Below are positions 1-11,566 of a stretch of DNA of 64,000 nucleotides, piece by piece. The first letter of the stretch is position 1; each line of letters begins with the position of its first letter. Made by a program: the position numbers and the translations under genes. Source of the DNA: Octopus bimaculoides (lineage: Eukaryota); assembly GCF_001194135.2 (NCBI RefSeq), contig NC_068992.1:4922094-4986093 (forward strand), in the 5' to 3' direction. The notes under the pieces are model-generated. The model was given only the letters and a program-made list of their open reading frames with translations. It was not told where the DNA came from and made no database searches.

Positions 1-214
1 CGTCAACACAAACTGCGTGCAATCGGAGCGCCTTTCTATGTATTTGAATTTTATGCACTCAATTTTCGAAAGCCCATTCATGCATATACAGAACGAAAGT
101 AATGGTGAATTTCAATATTTGTTTGGCTCTGTTATACTATCTTTTTTTAAAATTTATATGTGAGTTAGAAATGAAGATACGTAGAGATTGACGCATACAC
201 GAACTCGCACGCAT

Positions 215-424
215 GGACGCGCACACACACACACATACACGCACACACACACACACACACATGTAAGCATACACACACATATATATGGAGAGAGAGAAAG
301 AGAGAGAAAGCAAGGAAGAGTGACAGAGATGCATAATATATACACACGCATACATATACATATACGTATATATATATATACACGCACACTCACACGTACG
401 CATGCACACTCACACGTACGCATG

Positions 425-499
<75 letters not shown>

Positions 500-500
500 G
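215..500. repeat. Compound (CA)n/(GA)n/(TA)n microsatellite
   Basis: Directly visible; explains the low-complexity ORFs at 137-582. Confidence 0.95.
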
Positions 501-506
501 TATCAA

Positions 507-965
507 CTAGCCTAAGTACCTGACGTTGCTCGGCGGTTTGAAGAATTTTACAGGAAATAAATATATTTATTCTGATAAACAATATATTTTCAGAAAACTT
601 GTTTCAGATGATGTTGTATAAAGAAAATTATTAAAACAAATCCTGAAATCAATCACAGTTTAATATTGTTGAACGTCAAAATATAATGTTTTCAGCGCGT
701 CCTTTAATTGGGATACAAATAAAACGAGATTTGGGACTTCAAACTAACGAACGTCCTACATATAGTTGCCCATGAGAGAAACAACGTGAAGCAAGGTTAA
801 GTCCAACAACCTTATGAGATCGTAGTTGAGATTCGTTTAGTGACAAAGCAAAACTTAGTTTCACTGGGAACTGGGGCCGTTTAAATTCAAGAGGTCAGAT
901 GAGATTAACAAGATCCGGGAATGAAGACATCGTCACCCTTATATCCCCCAGTGCTAATTGCCTGT
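507..965 (-). mobile_element. Helitron 3' remnant: degenerate PIF1-like helicase C-terminus plus hairpin-CTAG terminus
   Basis: Minus-strand translation of 965-677, with two frameshifts and a stop, reads AISTGGYKGDDVFIP / RILLISSD / EFKRPQFPVKLSFALSLNESQLRSHKVVGLNLASRCFSHGQLYVGRSLV*SPKSRFICIPIKGRAENIIF. This matches the RepHel motif FKRxQFPVxLxFAxTINKSQ...CFSHGQLYV. The element ends GCCGAGCAACGTCAGGTACTTAGG-CTAG|T, with CTAG at 507-510. Confidence 0.88.
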
Positions 966-978
966 GGGATGAAGTTAA

Positions 979-1016
<38 letters not shown>

Positions 1017-2728
1017 NNNNNNNNNNCACGTGTATGAGGGATGACCACTGGGTGGACATCCAATATGCTATAAAGAGGTCATCATCGACACAACCACAAA
1101 CAAAAATAATGTTCTCCAGAAAAATTTCGCAAAACACCACAACAGGACAAATTGAGAAATATACAGAACAAAGAATTATCTATGTACTGCAGTTTCGAAC
1201 ATTAACGTTTTACTTACGTAACAACATCCGTGTTCTCATCAGCATACACGTTGTAGAATCAATATAATTTGCAGAACTATACACGAATTGTCTTCATGAA
1301 TCAGACTTGCATATAGTTCTACTGAATACATTGGGTCTATTTTTCAAAATGCCTCAGCTCAGGCGCGCATTATTCCGGAATAAATACATGTGTGCGCACA
1401 AGCCTATGCGTCTAAATGTTTCTATATATTAGCGTGTGGTAGATTTGTGTGAAACTGCGAATGAGCGTACGATTGATCAAGATAGGCGATGATAACGAAA
1501 GTCTTCGAATTCCCCAAGATTTATTCTACAAGTCAGTTTCAACAATCGTCTCAGATTAATTCTCTTTAGAAAGCTGCACAAAATAAGCAACAGTCTATAT
1601 ACATACATCAGCACACACACTGACACACAAAGACACACAGACACAGACTCACAGACATACGCACACAGACACACATACACACACACATATATTGTATATG
1701 CATTATTCGCATTCATATGTGTGTGTGTGTGTGTCCCTGGGTTATTTCTTTTATATTTAGCAAATGAAAATAATATCAATCATAAATATTTAGGTATATT
1801 TATATACAATTGTATTTTGCTTTTTCTCTGTTTCTCTAAAACCATTAGTTGTATTACAGATATATCCAGCACATTGAATTTGGACACATCTATAAATCTG
1901 TAAATAATATTTCCTTCTATATGAAATCTCACAAATGCAATTTGATTCTCGTACATAAATAGAAGTGAAATCCATGTTAGTAATAAAATGAGTTTTGCTT
2001 GAAATTCAAATTAAAATTTTCTACTTTTATATTAATAGCGTTTATTCCCATATATATCATTCCCATTTATGATATTTACATACATTTCATTGGAGAATTG
2101 AACAAATCTTAAAATATCTTAAACCATTTAATGTTTTAGAACGGAGAGTAGGACTTTCAGTTCAAGTCTCAACAGATTTTCTTTCTAACATTCAATGGTC
2201 AGCAAAACAATCGCAAGACTAATATTTGCGTCACTGTTAAAATTTCCTTCGTAACGTGTCAGTTAGCTGTCAAGATCTCTGAATTACTTAAGACATACGG
2301 GTATTTTGAAATATTAAAACAATCTCGTCGTATATTCCATCCTGAAATACCTAATTTTCACGTGTATCTTATTATGTTGTAACTACAATTTCCATCCAGT
2401 AGGTAATATAATGCAAGATTGATCACTGGGATACTCAGCGACATACAAAATATTTTCAATCATCTACCGCATCTTTATGTATAAATATATATATATATAC
2501 ATATATATATNNNNNNNNNNNNNNNNNNNNNNNNNNNNNNNNNNNNNNNNNNNNNNNNNNNNNNNNNNNNNNNNNNNNNNNNNNNNNNNNNNNNNNNNNN
2601 NNNNNNNNNNNNNNNNNNNNNNNNNNNNNNNNNNNNNNNNNNNNNNNNNNNNNNNNNNNNNNNNNNNNNNNNNNNNNNNNNNNNNNNNNNNNNNNNNNNN
2701 NNNNNNNNNNNNNNNNNNNNNNNNNNNN

Positions 2729-2762
<34 letters not shown>

Positions 2763-3149
2763 AAAAACATAGCATACATAAATTATTATTGTGTTTTATA
2801 TGGGGGCAGAAACAATGGCAGTGGATAAGTTCTTTATAGGTTGCCAAACATTAGTTCGGTGCATTATATTCCATTTATCACTTGAACTGTATCTTATAAC
2901 ATGTTAAATGTTACACAACTTGCAGAAAATGTGTTATAAAACATGCATTCATTACTGTCTTTTAATTTCAGCCTTCATTATCTCTTTCACGTTTTGTGGA
3001 ATCTGCATAATCGTTGTGAAATCCTTACAAGTGAGGTGTGTGCATATATTAGTTTTCCGTACCGTTTCTTTGCCAATAACAATGCAATTGTTTATGTAAA
3101 ACTATTTCCCTGTATGAGTTACACAAGTCATAAAATGTAGGGAGTGGTG

Positions 3150-3600
3150 TTAATGAAACGTCGTGTGATATTACTCAAAGGAGATTCGTTATGTAAGGCC
3201 AGAGCAACACGAGAAGATATAAAACTACAAAACGAAAAGCAAAGGGAACAAATTAATATTGTTGTTTTCAATCCAATGGTACAAACTGATCCATCCCTGA
3301 GAACAGTAATGTCAAAGAATATAATCAGACAAAATCACGTGGTGCAGAATATGCTATTGCGCAGTGAATGACTTCATACTGAATATGTGGGACGTCTTAC
3401 ATTGGGAACACCACCAGGAAATTACACGTAAGAATAAAAAAGCATGCGCACAGATACGTCAATGATAAACAAGTGCATTACTTCCAGACTCATGATTTGA
3501 AGTTACACAGCAGAGCCATTCAACGCAACAAGGGCAATCTTGGAATTATGGAGACACTACATATCAACAATCTGAGCATTACTACTAGTACTACTAATTC
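3150..3600 (+). mobile_element. Penelope-like element remnant, GIY-YIG endonuclease region
   Basis: The frame starting at 3383 reads ICGTSYIGNTTRKLHVRIKKHAHR...GNLGIMETLHINNL, matching YIGxTxRxLxxRIxEH...ExLHI. It is preceded by KSRGAEY (GxxY-like) and a disrupted NIVVFNP segment. It is in frame with track ORF 3473-3751. Confidence 0.75.
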
Positions 3601-4200
3601 GGTAACAGTGGATGATATATCGTCAGCGATGTTTAATTTATGCAGACACTTCTACTTTTCCCATTGGTCACAACTCTTGACTGCGAAAGCAACATTCTTT
3701 AAATCAAACACTGAACGATGTAAAGGTCCGCAGAATCTTAATCACAGATAGTTACATAACATTGTATAAATGCATTAGATGACTCTATACCGACAGCATT
3801 TCTATATACATACATAATGCATAAATTCAAGAGGTGTGAGAAATGGAAATAGATTTATTTCGCAACATTATTTCCATATGATTATCATCATTACCAAATA
3901 ATTTCATGTAGTATTAATTTCTGTGTGTAAGGAAATACTCGTACATGCTTTCATTAGCTTGTGTATTCAACATTGTGCTATACAATTGCATATTCACAAA
4001 TTAATGCAAATAAAGAAAGGTTGCTCAACACATCACCAGAACATCATGGTTGCATCAATGGTTCAACATTAAGTGATCTGTCAGTTGTTTCCGTTCAAGG
4101 AGCTTACTGTGATAGACACATAATTCACTCTCCACCTTTAAATACTAGCGTAAGTGTTAGGAATGTTTACACACATACACAGACACAGACACACAAATGT

Positions 4201-4370
4201 AGGTGCAGGGGTGGCTGTGATGTAAATAGTTTGCTTCCCAACTGGCATGAGCTCCACTGCGTGACACCTTGGGCCGGTTCCGGGTTCAGTCCCACTGCCT
4301 TGTTCTATAGCTCGGCCCGACCAAAGCCTTGTGTGTGGATTTGAGAGGCGGAAACTGGAAGAAGCCTCTC

Positions 4371-4449
<79 letters not shown>

Positions 4450-4636
4450 ATATATATACATGTGTGAGTATGTGTGATTGGGTCTGTTTATCCAACCATC
4501 ACGTCCTCGTAAATTAGCGGTTCGGCAAAAGTAACGGATACAAAGAAAGTACTGGAGTTGATTCATTCGACTGAATATATTCTTCATTTCGGGGCCCCAC
4601 CATGGATGCAGTCTAGTGACTACAACAAAGGAATGA
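4201..4636 (+). mobile_element. tRNA-derived SINE, family 1, full length with internal (TA)n
   Basis: A-box-like TGGCTGTGATG and B-box-like GGTTCAGTCCC; body homologous to 11421-11566; (TA)n at 4373-4445; 3' half homologous to the reverse complement of 9251-9445. Confidence 0.85.
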
Positions 4637-4658
4637 AACACATATACATATGCATACA

Positions 4659-4717
<59 letters not shown>

Positions 4718-5288
4718 NNNNNNNNNNTGCAAACACACGCACATATGCATGTATGTGTGTGATTGTGTGTATGTATACAAATTCGCACAGATATATACCT
4801 GTACATGCATTCGCTCACACACATATCTAGTGAGCATTTGACATACGAGAATATAAGACTACTACAAATATAAATTCTAAGCTATTGTAATTTTCTTTTC
4901 CTAAGCCATTCTCCGATATGACAGCAAATAAATATATCTGAAATATATATAAATATCTAAACTGATAGTATTTGAATAAAAAATAATCTAGCTGTCTCTA
5001 AAACGTATTTAATATGGATAAAAGATAGAAATGAATTATCACCATTGTTACTATTGAAAGACGTTATATATTAGCGCTCATTTTTATTGTTTTTTTTTTT
5101 CTTTCTTTTTAATGCAAGAGTATAAAATATCATTTTCGGAACACTAGACATCTCTATACTTTGAATCAAATCTATGTTGATACATGGAAAATGTTGTTAA
5201 TGGAATGTTTTATTTAAAATCTTCTATTGAACAACCTTGATGTAATCTTGGCTGGTATAATTTTGTCTATTGCTCACGCTCCACGTCA

Positions 5289-5332
<44 letters not shown>

Positions 5333-5384
5333 NNNNNNNNNNNNNNNNNNNNNNNNNNNNNNNNNNNNNNNNNNNNNNNNNNNN

Positions 5385-5425
<41 letters not shown>

Positions 5426-6264
5426 TGTGTGTGTGCGTGTGTGTATGAGCGCATGTATATAGATACGCCTACACTCACGTACACCGTCAATATACAGCTA
5501 TTAAACAGATTCTAAACATTATAGTCACTTTATTGCTGTGATGTAAATTTACATTTTATTTGTAAACGTTCAAAGAAGCCTGTAAATGATATCACATTCA
5601 AATAGATATCTCTGTGTAGATTTTATCAAATATTCATTGAAATTATAATTTATGTTCAAACACATTCAAAAACATTTTTTTTTTTTTTGCAATCCATTCC
5701 AATCAAAGAATTTCAAAACGGAAAATAATACAATTCAGGTAAGGTTGGCAAAAATCCAAGATATTTCCCCAAATATTTAAGCATATTGACATAAAAGTAA
5801 AAAGTAAAAAGAGCGAGTGAATTTGCAAGTTTACAGCAGTTCTGTGATTATTGTTTAAACATTCTTTTTATTTGCATAAATATATACTTATATCTCTAAA
5901 CACATAAAGAAATTCACCCACTGGCATACAGATACTCGCTAATGTATACACACGCGCATACACACACACTCACTCACACACACAAACATACACACACACA
6001 AACACACTATGTTTTCTTCTCAATACTTTCTATCGAAGAGCGAACACTCGAAATATCAATCACTTTTCCATTCTGCCCCAGTGTGAAACTAATATACCTG
6101 CTTATATTTCTATCACTTGTCTTCGTTTTTTTTTTATATATACTCTGTAAATTTGAAACACACATATATATATATATATATATATATCGTTGCTCACACG
6201 TTACAATCGTCCATCTTTCTGTCTCTCCCGTGACCATATTTCTCTCCTGCACAACTTTGTAAGC

Positions 6265-6482
6265 ATTGGTCGTCTTCCATGTCTCTCTCTTCTATATTTT
6301 CTCTTTTCAAAGAAAATATTTTGTCTCAGTATTCACTATTTTCCCCTCGTTCAGGTCTAATGACCATCTATGCTTGTTTTCGTTCGGTTTCCAAGTATGA
6401 CTCCACTGTCCTGTTTTTGGTCCGAACTTTGACACTCCATAGATCCCAAATTTTATTTTGGTATTTATGGGAACAACTGTCT
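6265..6482. mobile_element. Single arm of the long-TIR MITE family seen at 43684-44169
   Basis: Aligns to the reverse complement of 43684-43900 (tctcttttcaaagaaaatattt...ttattttggtatttatgggaacaactg). Confidence 0.7.
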
Positions 6483-6733
6483 TGTATGTTTAAGAATTAC
6501 AATTAGAATTACACATGTATAGAGGAAAAAAAAATATTATGTTGATTTTAACTTTTACATTTACACAAATCTATGAAAAGCGATATTGACTGCTCGTTAA
6601 ACATTTGTTGCCTTACGAATCATTTGATTTTTGGTGTTATGAATCATTTATTCTATTGATATTTCACTGATGTTTTGTTTCGATTGTGGAATACTTCGTT
6701 TTTATTTTACAGTGCCTTAATCTGAGCTTATTA

Positions 6734-7054
6734 CTAGATTGCCCGACCGTTTCGCGAGCTTTTGTTGGATTGTCTCTCAAAACTGCGAATAACATACGTT
6801 TGATGTGAATCAAGATGTTCACGATTTTATCAAATTAAAGCGTCTAAATTATGGGTAAATTTGCTTCATACACATTTCCTTCGGTAGTCAATTATATGTC
6901 AACAAATCATAACCTATAGAATCTACAGAACTATAAATGATATAATAACATCCGATATCATTTCCTGTTTTCCAAAGAACAGTAAGGTTAGATTTAGCAA
7001 AACCTCCAATACCATTGAAGTTCCCCAGTCAATTAAAAGCTCACTTATATAAGA
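6734..7054 (-). mobile_element. Putative non-autonomous Helitron (~320 bp)
   Basis: The minus strand reads A|TCTTATATA... at 7054 and ...GCTCGCGAAACGGTCGGGC-AAT-CTAG|T at 6734: TC start, subterminal GC hairpin, CTAG end, inserted between A and T. The 5' boundary is less certain. Confidence 0.55.
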
Positions 7055-8120
7055 TATTCCCGTAAATCTAGACAGAAATTATCCATAATTGCTCCTGTAA
7101 TGTGACTAGAAATAGCATCGAGCTTTTTTTCCGGATAAGATATTTTTATCCTTATTTCACCGAAAAACGATTTACTTATTAGAATATATATAGCGCTTAG
7201 AAAATTATTGGGTGACAGCGTAGAAATATTTTTAATAACGCACAAACGAACAGTGAATTAGAAGTAAGATTCCATTATAAATATGACATTTCAGACTCTA
7301 TGCAGATCTCTATCATTTCGCGTTCAACTGTTTAACATTACATTCGCTAAAAGAATCTTTCCCAAAGTGTGACAATGAACTGATATCTTTTTTTTATATT
7401 GGTTTTCAGTGGAGATTATACATAGATCATAGATCTTTCTCTCCTTGACGTCGGTGAATTCAGTGATTTAATGTTCACCTTCAAAGGTGCAAATCTATTT
7501 CAGTACCTTAAGAGAAAGGCAAGAAATACAAAAGACGCAGGTACCGCCTGCTCTACACAAAGAATGATGTGTTGAACTCATTTCAATGAAAGATGGGCAA
7601 AGATCACGTTCCTGTTTTTCGCTAGCCAAAGAGACCGATGGAATGAATGCCACTAATGACCATCTTCAAAAGTTGCAACGACGTGATTCGCATCCAGAAG
7701 AAAAAAAAGAATGAATAGGGATGGAAATTAAAGATGGCTGGCGTGCTGGGCGGGAGTTTCAGGGTGTAACATTCAATGCAGTATCTTGTTCGATAAAAAT
7801 GTTGTAGGTGAGGTTATACCGCGAAGTAAGGTGGGTCGAATATATTAGGATTAACGTAAGGCATTGATAATCCTAGTAAATGAAGTCGCTCTATTAATTG
7901 TAAAGGACGCAGACTGAAGATGGCAACTTATGGCAATTAAGTGTTACCATTATGAATGTGACTACAATCGAGGGAGTTTCTAATGCATAAATGTTCACTA
8001 AGGGAAATAATGCTCCCATATCAATCAAGTAGGTGATAGTTAAAATAATTTCTCAGTCAGAAGCTATATGTCATACATGTGGATTCATCACACTAGATTA
8101 ATATTATATATATAACATAG

Positions 8121-8124
<4 letters not shown>

Positions 8125-8203
<79 letters not shown>
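8125..8203. repeat. (AG)n microsatellite
   Basis: Perfect dinucleotide tract. Confidence 0.97.
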
Positions 8204-8207
<4 letters not shown>

Positions 8208-9250
8208 TGTAATAATGCGAAAAAGCAAATTAGATATATCAAATATAGCAGTTAGGGCATGAAATAAAAAATATGATTACATGTATACATAAAAAAAAAT
8301 GAGAGAGAACAAAAAGTGGAGCCTTTCAGACGATGAATATTTAAGTATAAATATATAGATATTTATATTAGATCCAACTTACACAGAGTGCAAATGAAAG
8401 GGAGAAAGAAAGGTGTCATAATTCCAACAGCTGTTTCTGGAGACTCAGAGATCCCTCAAAATGTTGGAAGATGTATATCATCTCAATATGCGGCCGCAAT
8501 GAAAGCAATCAACATTAGATGAACCGAGTCAACGTCATCAGGGTAGAAAAGATCTTCGATTGTAGGTCATATTGACTTTCCGCGTGGAACTTCTATGCAT
8601 TACGCAATGGTTTACCTGTATACATGTTTTATGTTTCATACCGCAACTGATATATTCAGTATATCTAATTTGTTTATCAGCGTTGTTTCTTCCATATATT
8701 CTCATCTTGCGTGCGTGTTTTTGTGTTGTGTGGGTCTGTGCGTATGTGTGCGTTTGTGTGGATGTATGTGCGTATGTGTGTGTGTGTGTCTGCATGTGTG
8801 TGAGTGTATATTTACCGCCTCCTAGCATGATGCACAGAGGTGTATTGAAATCTTTTACATTTGATATTACATGTGGATTATAACCTCCATTGTATCGAAG
8901 AAAGAGTGAAACATATTTTAAGCGATACCAAATCAACGACAACCAACACGATCATTTATAACAGCGAATATTCAAGGCTTAACGAAGTAATTCCAAGTTG
9001 CCTCTTAGATAAGATCGACACACTGTGGTTACTGCTTTTATATTCCCCAACACATTTGAAGCACATTAATGTCATTCGCAATTTCCGTATGAATTCTCAA
9101 AGAGAATGAAACTGAAGCAATAAAAAAATATATTTTAATCAGGCAAATTCTCTACTAAAGAAAACTTCACCACCATTATACGTATATGAATATATTTTCC
9201 TGTGTCAACAATAATATTAGTAGTTTGATTATTTTTTATACTTTTATAAG

Positions 9251-9434
9251 TTTCAGTCATTTGATTACAGCCATGCTGGAGCACAATGTATAGTCGAACA
9301 AATAGACCACAGGATTTATTCTTTGTAAGTCTAGTACTTATTCTATCACCCCTTCAGCCGAACTGCTAAGGTACTGGGACGTAAACACACCAACATCAAT
9401 TGTGAAGTGATAATAGGGGGATAGACAAAGACAG

Positions 9435-9465
<31 letters not shown>

Positions 9466-10013
9466 NNNNNNNNNNNNNNNNNNNNNNNNNNNNNNNNNNN
9501 NNNNNNNNNNNNNNNNNNNNNNNNNNNNNNNNNNNNNNNNNNNNNNNNNNNNNNNNNNNNNNNNNNNNNNNNNNNNNNNNNNNNNNNNNNNNNNNNNNNN
9601 NNNNNNNNNNNNNNNNNNNNNNTATATATAACAGCGAATATTCACGGCTTAACGAAGTAATTCCAAGTTGCCTCTTAGATAAGATCGACACACTGTGGTT
9701 ACTGCTTTTATAATCCCCAACACATTTGAAGCACATTAATGTCATTCGCAATTTCCGTATGAATTCTCAAAGAGAATGAAACTGAAGCAATAAAAAAATA
9801 TATTTTAATCAGACAAATTCTCTACTAAAGAAAACTAATATATATATATATACACACACATAGATGGCGGTCTTCTTTTCCGTCTAACAAATTCACTCAC
9901 AAGTCTTTGGTCAGTCCGAGGCTATAATAGAAGACAATTGCCCAAGGTGCTACGGAGCAGGACTCAACCCGGAATCTTGTGGTTGGGAAACAAGCTTCTT
10001 GCCAGACAGCCAC
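9251..10013 (-). mobile_element. SINE family 1, split by (TA)n, a gap and a 210-bp local duplication
   Basis: 3' half at 9251-9445 and 5' half at 9862-10013, both homologous to other family 1 copies in the window. Confidence 0.8.
9627..9836 (+). repeat. Direct duplicate of 8957-9166
   Basis: 210 bp with 3 mismatches by manual alignment; offset 670 bp. Confidence 0.95.
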
Positions 10014-11201
10014 TTTGAAACTTCTATTTTCTTTTAACCAGGTTGTAAGCAGCGATGTTATTCGCAACTTGTATTTAGTAAAATTGTCTTACAAAACGGA
10101 AGCCAAGACTGAGAAAAAAGAAAAAAAAACTTGTCCTCACTTTCATGCAAACGCTATAGTTTTCCTTTTAAGTAAGAAAGGTAGATGTGCAATGAGCTAT
10201 GAGTTATAACCTTAGACCTTGTACTCCCCGCCCTGGTAAAGATATATTTTGAAAATAACATTTATTGATTCCCCCTTGGGCGAAATTCTACATTACGCAT
10301 AGGTTATATCTCCATTTTTTTTTATTTTGAGGTAATTTAATTTAAAAACATTTTCTGGATTTGTATTCTACACAAGGGTATTCATACGACTATAAAATAT
10401 AATATTATCATGACATACGACTCAAATTAACATATATATGTATAGTAATATATAATATATAATACAAATTAAATTATTAATATGACAGATGACTATAAAC
10501 AAAGAAAGTTTTTTTTAAATATTTTTTTGAAATTTATTAAAAACTTTTATTTTGTATTTTCCAAATTATTTTCTTAATCACAGTTTAAATTACGCACAGT
10601 CCGAAGTTTGGGCTTACATCTCAGAAATAAACCATTAAATATGTTTATGGGGAGAACATTATTGAAAAAAAAAAATCAATTCGTCAGAATGACAAAGAAA
10701 CGAAGACGGTTGTGCGATGTGCTAAACGTAACGGCAAACATCACTTAAATCACACAAATTCACCATAAAAATTACTGAAAATTCTTTCTGAAACATAAAA
10801 AAGTTATGAAGGCTTCTATGTAGAATTCCACACTCTCTTTCTCTAGGCTCCTTTACATATAGCCATTGAAAATATCTTAAATCGTCCCACAGTATGGTTT
10901 TCCCTTCCCTTATATTCGCCTTATATTCCGATACTACACAGATCCATAACGCTGCTGCACTGAAGTAAAATCACTTCTGCATCACCGTAACTGTGCTCTG
11001 TTTATCCTTAAACATATCTTATGAAAAGAAAGATAAATCAAACTTTCAGAATTTGCCCTACAGAACACCCCTATAATCATAAGTTGCATATGCATGCAGG
11101 CATAGAAACACACGGACAAAACCACAAAGCGAATGTATGCACATATGTAAAAATCGCCACCTACATATACATCACTATGCACTTTCTCATAAATTATCTC
11201 T

Positions 11202-11238
<37 letters not shown>

Positions 11239-11420
11239 GAGAGAGAGAGAGAGAGAGNNNNNNNNNNAGAGAGGAAGAGAGAGAGAGATAGATAGAGAGA
11301 GAGAGAGAGAGAAAGGTATGTATATGCATATGGATGTATATATGTATTTATGTATATATAGATATGTGTGTATAAATAAATGTACATACACACACACATA
11401 CACACACACACACACACATA

Positions 11421-11566
11421 TGGTAAGTAGCTTGCTTACCAACCACATGGTCCCGGGTTCAGTCCCACTGCGTGGCATCTTGGGCAAGTGCCTTCTACTA
11501 TAGCCTCGGGCCGACCAATGCCTTGTGAGTGGATTTGGTAGACGGAAACTGAAAGAAGCCCGTCGT
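11421..11566 (+). mobile_element. SINE family 1, 5' half, least diverged-looking copy
   Basis: tggtaagtagcttgcttaccaaccacatggtcccgggttcagtcccactgcg...gacggaaactgaaagaagcccgtcg, followed by a TA/TG tract and a gap. Confidence 0.88.

Noticed and set aside
137-582. THTH/CVCV/IYIY ORFs here and throughout the window
   Set aside because: They are translations of dinucleotide microsatellites.
3380-3430. EYVGRLTLGTPPGNYT, resembling the aspartic-protease YxGxIxIGTPPQ motif, followed by gtaaga
   Set aside because: No DTGS follows, and another frame gives a much better GIY-YIG match that continues downstream.
8535-8541. Lone CTGATGA motifs (also 12955-12961 and 45591-45597)
   Set aside because: No stem II plus GAAA follows, so they are not hammerheads.
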